The notes beneath the pieces are model-generated. The model was not told the origin of the DNA. It saw only the letters and a list, made by a program, of their open reading frames with translations, and did not search any database. A program made the position numbers and the translations under genes. DNA of 64,000 nucleotides, from positions 248,001-312,000 of the forward strand of contig MCFH01000044.1 in the NCBI GenBank assembly GCA_002104945.1. The letters run 5' to 3'. This document shows, in pieces, positions 60,885-64,000 of this stretch; position 1 is the stretch's first letter; the number at the start of each line of letters is the position of its first letter. The stretch is from Piromyces finnis finn (Eukaryota > Fungi > Neocallimastigomycota).

Positions 60885-63800
60885 TTATTGGAATAATAGA
60901 TAGGTTACTAAAATAATTATTATAGTATAAGTCGTTATGTGAATTGAAATTAATGGATATGCAAAACTTGCATTGCATTTTTCAGAATTATCTTTATCCT
61001 CTTCACAATGAATAAATCCGAGATTTTCAATTGAACATATTTTTGCATCCTTCTTATCTTTTACTTCTACAAAATTACTAATGCATATTAAATCAAATTT
61101 AGTGGTGTCATCTTCTTGATTATATGTACAGTTAGTAAAAATACCAGGTACATAATTCATATTATTAATATTATTACTTTTAATTATTGCTGTTGAATTA
61201 TTATTATTTTCAATATTATCAATAGCTTTTCTTATATAACTAGGCATTGAGTCCTTGTACATAATTGGGAAGTTAATAATAACTTTATCCTTTGGGAAAC
61301 AGTAAAGAGGTGAAACTGGATTAAGATATGAATTCTTTTCACATCTATGATAACGATATTCAATAAAGTAGTATTGGCCTGGTATGCAAGTTTGTTTGTA
61401 ACATACTGTTTTTTCAATATGCTCAGAGTCATAGAGACAATAATACATTTCATTTGTTTCTGTGAAATAATATCCTGATTCTGAAATCTTTTCACAAACT
61501 GGGTTTTGATTTTTACATTCATACATTTCTTCATCAATAGTATAATAGAAACCATCAGATACCTTATTTTCAAGGATTACTTTATTATCATATGTAACAC
61601 TAATTTTATATATATAAACCTCGTTTGGATTAATACTAACAAGAGCGTAACCTGAGGTTTGCGGAGATGTCCATATACCTTTTTCATATTTAATTAAATA
61701 TTTACCTACGGTACTGTAGTAGTAAATATCTTCTTCTGGTTCAAGTTTATTACAACCACTCATTAAGCATCCATACATAATAACTGAATAATTCTTACCA
61801 TTAATGAATTCTTTATAATTTGCTATAGTATTAGTAATAGAGTTAATAAAGTAATAAGATGCATCCTTTACTAATTGTGCAGAATTAGAATTCATTATAT
61901 AAAGATTCTTATAGTAATTATAAGTATTTGTATTTATATTACTACTTTTATAACATTCCCCAGATTCATAAGATTGTGTTTCGTCAGAAATCAATACAAT
62001 TTCCCCTTTATAAGTAATACAAATGCTTTGACCATCCATATTAGTATTCGGTGTGCATTTATTATTGTTATTATATATACATGTAATGTCTTTCATGAAG
62101 GAATAACTATCAGTAGTTACATCATATTTTATTATTTTTTTATTAATATCAGTAATGTACATTGTAGAATCAGGTTTTTTCACAATAGTACAGCCATTTT
62201 CATTGCATTTATATAATTTTGTTTTTTCATTGTTATAACTATTAATATCATCAGATGATGCAAGCATTGCTGTATTTGTATTGATAAAGAGATAACCATC
62301 ACTAAATACTTGAGAAATACTATGTTCATTGAGTTTATAAATAATATCTCCGTAAATATAATAATAACTATTATATTGTTTTCCTACTTTCAAACAATTT
62401 TTTGACGTAACATCTAGTAAGGTTTCACCTGATCTTGTACTTTGTTTAACAGATATTGATCCAGTCGCAAAATAAATTTGGCTATGATCTGTATTAGTAC
62501 AGTAATCACCAGCATTTATAGTAGTAATTTGATTATATATAGAAGATGTAGAAGATGGTAAAACAATAGTACACTTATCATCAATATAGTTACAAATAGG
62601 AACTTGAGTTAATTCTTCAGAAGAAAGTTCATGACATCCTTCTTGATTGCAAATAATTAAATTGTAAATAGAATTTGCTCTCCGAACAAACCTCGATAAA
62701 CTTCTTTTACTGTTAGATGATAATTTTACTGTGTTAGCTGAACGGAAAACCCCATTTTTAGCAATAATAGATTTACATTTATTTTCCACACAATCAATTA
62801 AAACATTTGATGTTGTAGAAACATAAAAACCTTTCTCACCTTCAATTAATTCACATACCATATCTATTGAAACTTCATTTTCACATTTAATAAGATATTT
62901 TTTTGACTTTTGAGATCCCCCATAATAATAATAACCAGATGTGGCTTTTATCTCATTACACGAATTTCCTTCGCAATGAATAAGACTATTTTTATTTTCA
63001 GATATGAAATATCCTGTTGTTACTGATTGAGTTATGCAAGTATTGATATTACAATGAATAAGAGGTTTTTGATGACTATCTATTCCATTATTGATAAATG
63101 ATGCTACTATTGAAATAGGTCTTGGAGCATTACAAAAATTATTATCATTACAATAAATAAGACGATTAGAATATATATCAACATGGCTTACACCAGCAAT
63201 GTAATATCCAATGCTTGAAGTTATAGTATTACAATTTTTACCATTACAATAAATTAAGTTTTTATTATTTTTTTCTAATGAAGATAAATTTATTTGAGTT
63301 TTTGATAAATAATTGATTCCTGCGTTTAAATAATATTGATTTGTATCATTTACTGAGGTACATTTAAATTCATTATTACAATAAAATAAATAAGGTGTAT
63401 TTTTTCCAACATATCGACTTCCATCAATATAATATCCTTCATTAGTTAAAGGTTTTAATATATTACTATTACAATAGTATCCCACTTCCGATGTAACATC
63501 AAGATAAAATTCATTAGTTATACATGAAGTAATTTTATTACAGGTCATACTTTTTTTAATACAGCTATAAACTTCACTATTTTCATCTAATGTAATCTCG
63601 TTAGTAGCTAAATAATGATCCGAACTAATTGATAATATTCCATCAACAGAATATCTAGTAATTGAATATTTAGAAACTTTAAATATAGTTTTCTTCGACT
63701 CATTAATACTATTTATACTTGGGAAAGTATTTTTATCATTTATTTCAATATTGAAAAACAAATTAGTAGTAGGAGATGTTACATTGGTAGGTGTAATTGT

Positions 63801-64000
63801 ATCATTATAATAAAAACCCAATATTGAGTTTGAATATTTATATCCTCCTTTTTTTTGTAAATCCAAAACATTTGTAGTATAGCAACTCTCATCACATATA
63901 ATTATTGGCTTTGAATCATCACCAGCGTTAATATAAAAACCAGGGAAAATATCATCTTTTATTTTTAATGCATTGCATTTTTCTCTATTACATGTAATTA
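60885..64000 (-). CDS. 3' portion of a large Cys-repeat surface protein of the anaerobic-fungal scaffoldin (ScaA/B/C-like) type; 5' end lies beyond the window
   Basis: The frame is open to the window edge (ITCNREKC...GFYINAG...LDLQKK). Repeated GYY[IF]N/...LIxC.....C units, and a C-terminal Cys-rich block followed by a hydrophobic tail (YTIIIILVTYLLFQ). The family call rests on my recall of the repeat pattern. Confidence 0.75.
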   Translation of the reverse strand, partial: ITCNREKCNALKIKDDIFPGFYINAGDDSKPIIICDESCYTTNVLDLQKKGGYKYSNSILGFYYNDTITPTNVTSPTTNLFFNIEINDKNTFPSINSINESKKTIFKVSKYSITRYSVDGILSISSDHYLATNEITLDENSEVYSCIKKSMTCNKITSCITNEFYLDVTSEVGYYCNSNILKPLTNEGYYIDGSRYVGKNTPYLFYCNNEFKCTSVNDTNQYYLNAGINYLSKTQINLSSLEKNNKNLIYCNGKNCNTITSSIGYYIAGVSHVDIYSNRLIYCNDNNFCNAPRPISIVASFINNGIDSHQKPLIHCNINTCITQSVTTGYFISENKNSLIHCEGNSCNEIKATSGYYYYGGSQKSKKYLIKCENEVSIDMVCELIEGEKGFYVSTTSNVLIDCVENKCKSIIAKNGVFRSANTVKLSSNSKRSLSRFVRRANSIYNLIICNQEGCHELSSEELTQVPICNYIDDKCTIVLPSSTSSIYNQITTINAGDYCTNTDHSQIYFATGSISVKQSTRSGETLLDVTSKNCLKVGKQYNSYYYIYGDIIYKLNEHSISQVFSDGYLFINTNTAMLASSDDINSYNNEKTKLYKCNENGCTIVKKPDSTMYITDINKKIIKYDVTTDSYSFMKDITCIYNNNNKCTPNTNMDGQSICITYKGEIVLISDETQSYESGECYKSSNINTNTYNYYKNLYIMNSNSAQLVKDASYYFINSITNTIANYKEFINGKNYSVIMYGCLMSGCNKLEPEEDIYYYSTVGKYLIKYEKGIWTSPQTSGYALVSINPNEVYIYKISVTYDNKVILENKVSDGFYYTIDEEMYECKNQNPVCEKISESGYYFTETNEMYYCLYDSEHIEKTVCYKQTCIPGQYYFIEYRYHRCEKNSYLNPVSPLYCFPKDKVIINFPIMYKDSMPSYIRKAIDNIENNNNSTAIIKSNNINNMNYVPGIFTNCTYNQEDDTTKFDLICISNFVEVKDKKDAKICSIENLGFIHCEEDKDNSEKCNASFAYPLISIHITTYTIIIILVTYLLFQ

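Overview
This is extremely AT-rich, intron-containing eukaryotic DNA, most consistent with an anaerobic gut fungus (Neocallimastigomycota). That assignment is an inference from composition, (AAT)n/(TTTA)n microsatellites, GT-AG introns, a scaffoldin-type Cys-repeat gene and a CotH expansion. Left part: two intronless GT71 (MNN1-type) mannosyltransferases flank a MYST (KAT8/MOF-like) acetyltransferase, a collapsed ABCA pseudogene, eIF3m and a CRIB-containing WASP. At about 21.5-21.8 kb there is an SRP RNA gene, not visible in the ORF track, with an apparently full Alu domain. From 22.4 to 55.6 kb lies the main feature: eight intact CotH-family atypical kinase paralogs. I reconstructed their exons by hand and all give open frames of 604-625 codons including the stop. 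Each encodes a signal peptide, a small N-terminal beta-domain, a CotH kinase with catalytic residues retained, and a GPI-like hydrophobic tail, with no dockerin. The array shows hypervariable active-site-adjacent loops, one precise intron loss, a duplicated promoter plus orphan first exon, and recurring upstream motifs. Right part: a LisH-CTLH (TOPLESS-like) WD40 gene and the 3' part of a scaffoldin-like surface protein gene running off the window edge. All calls were made by eye; no searches were run.
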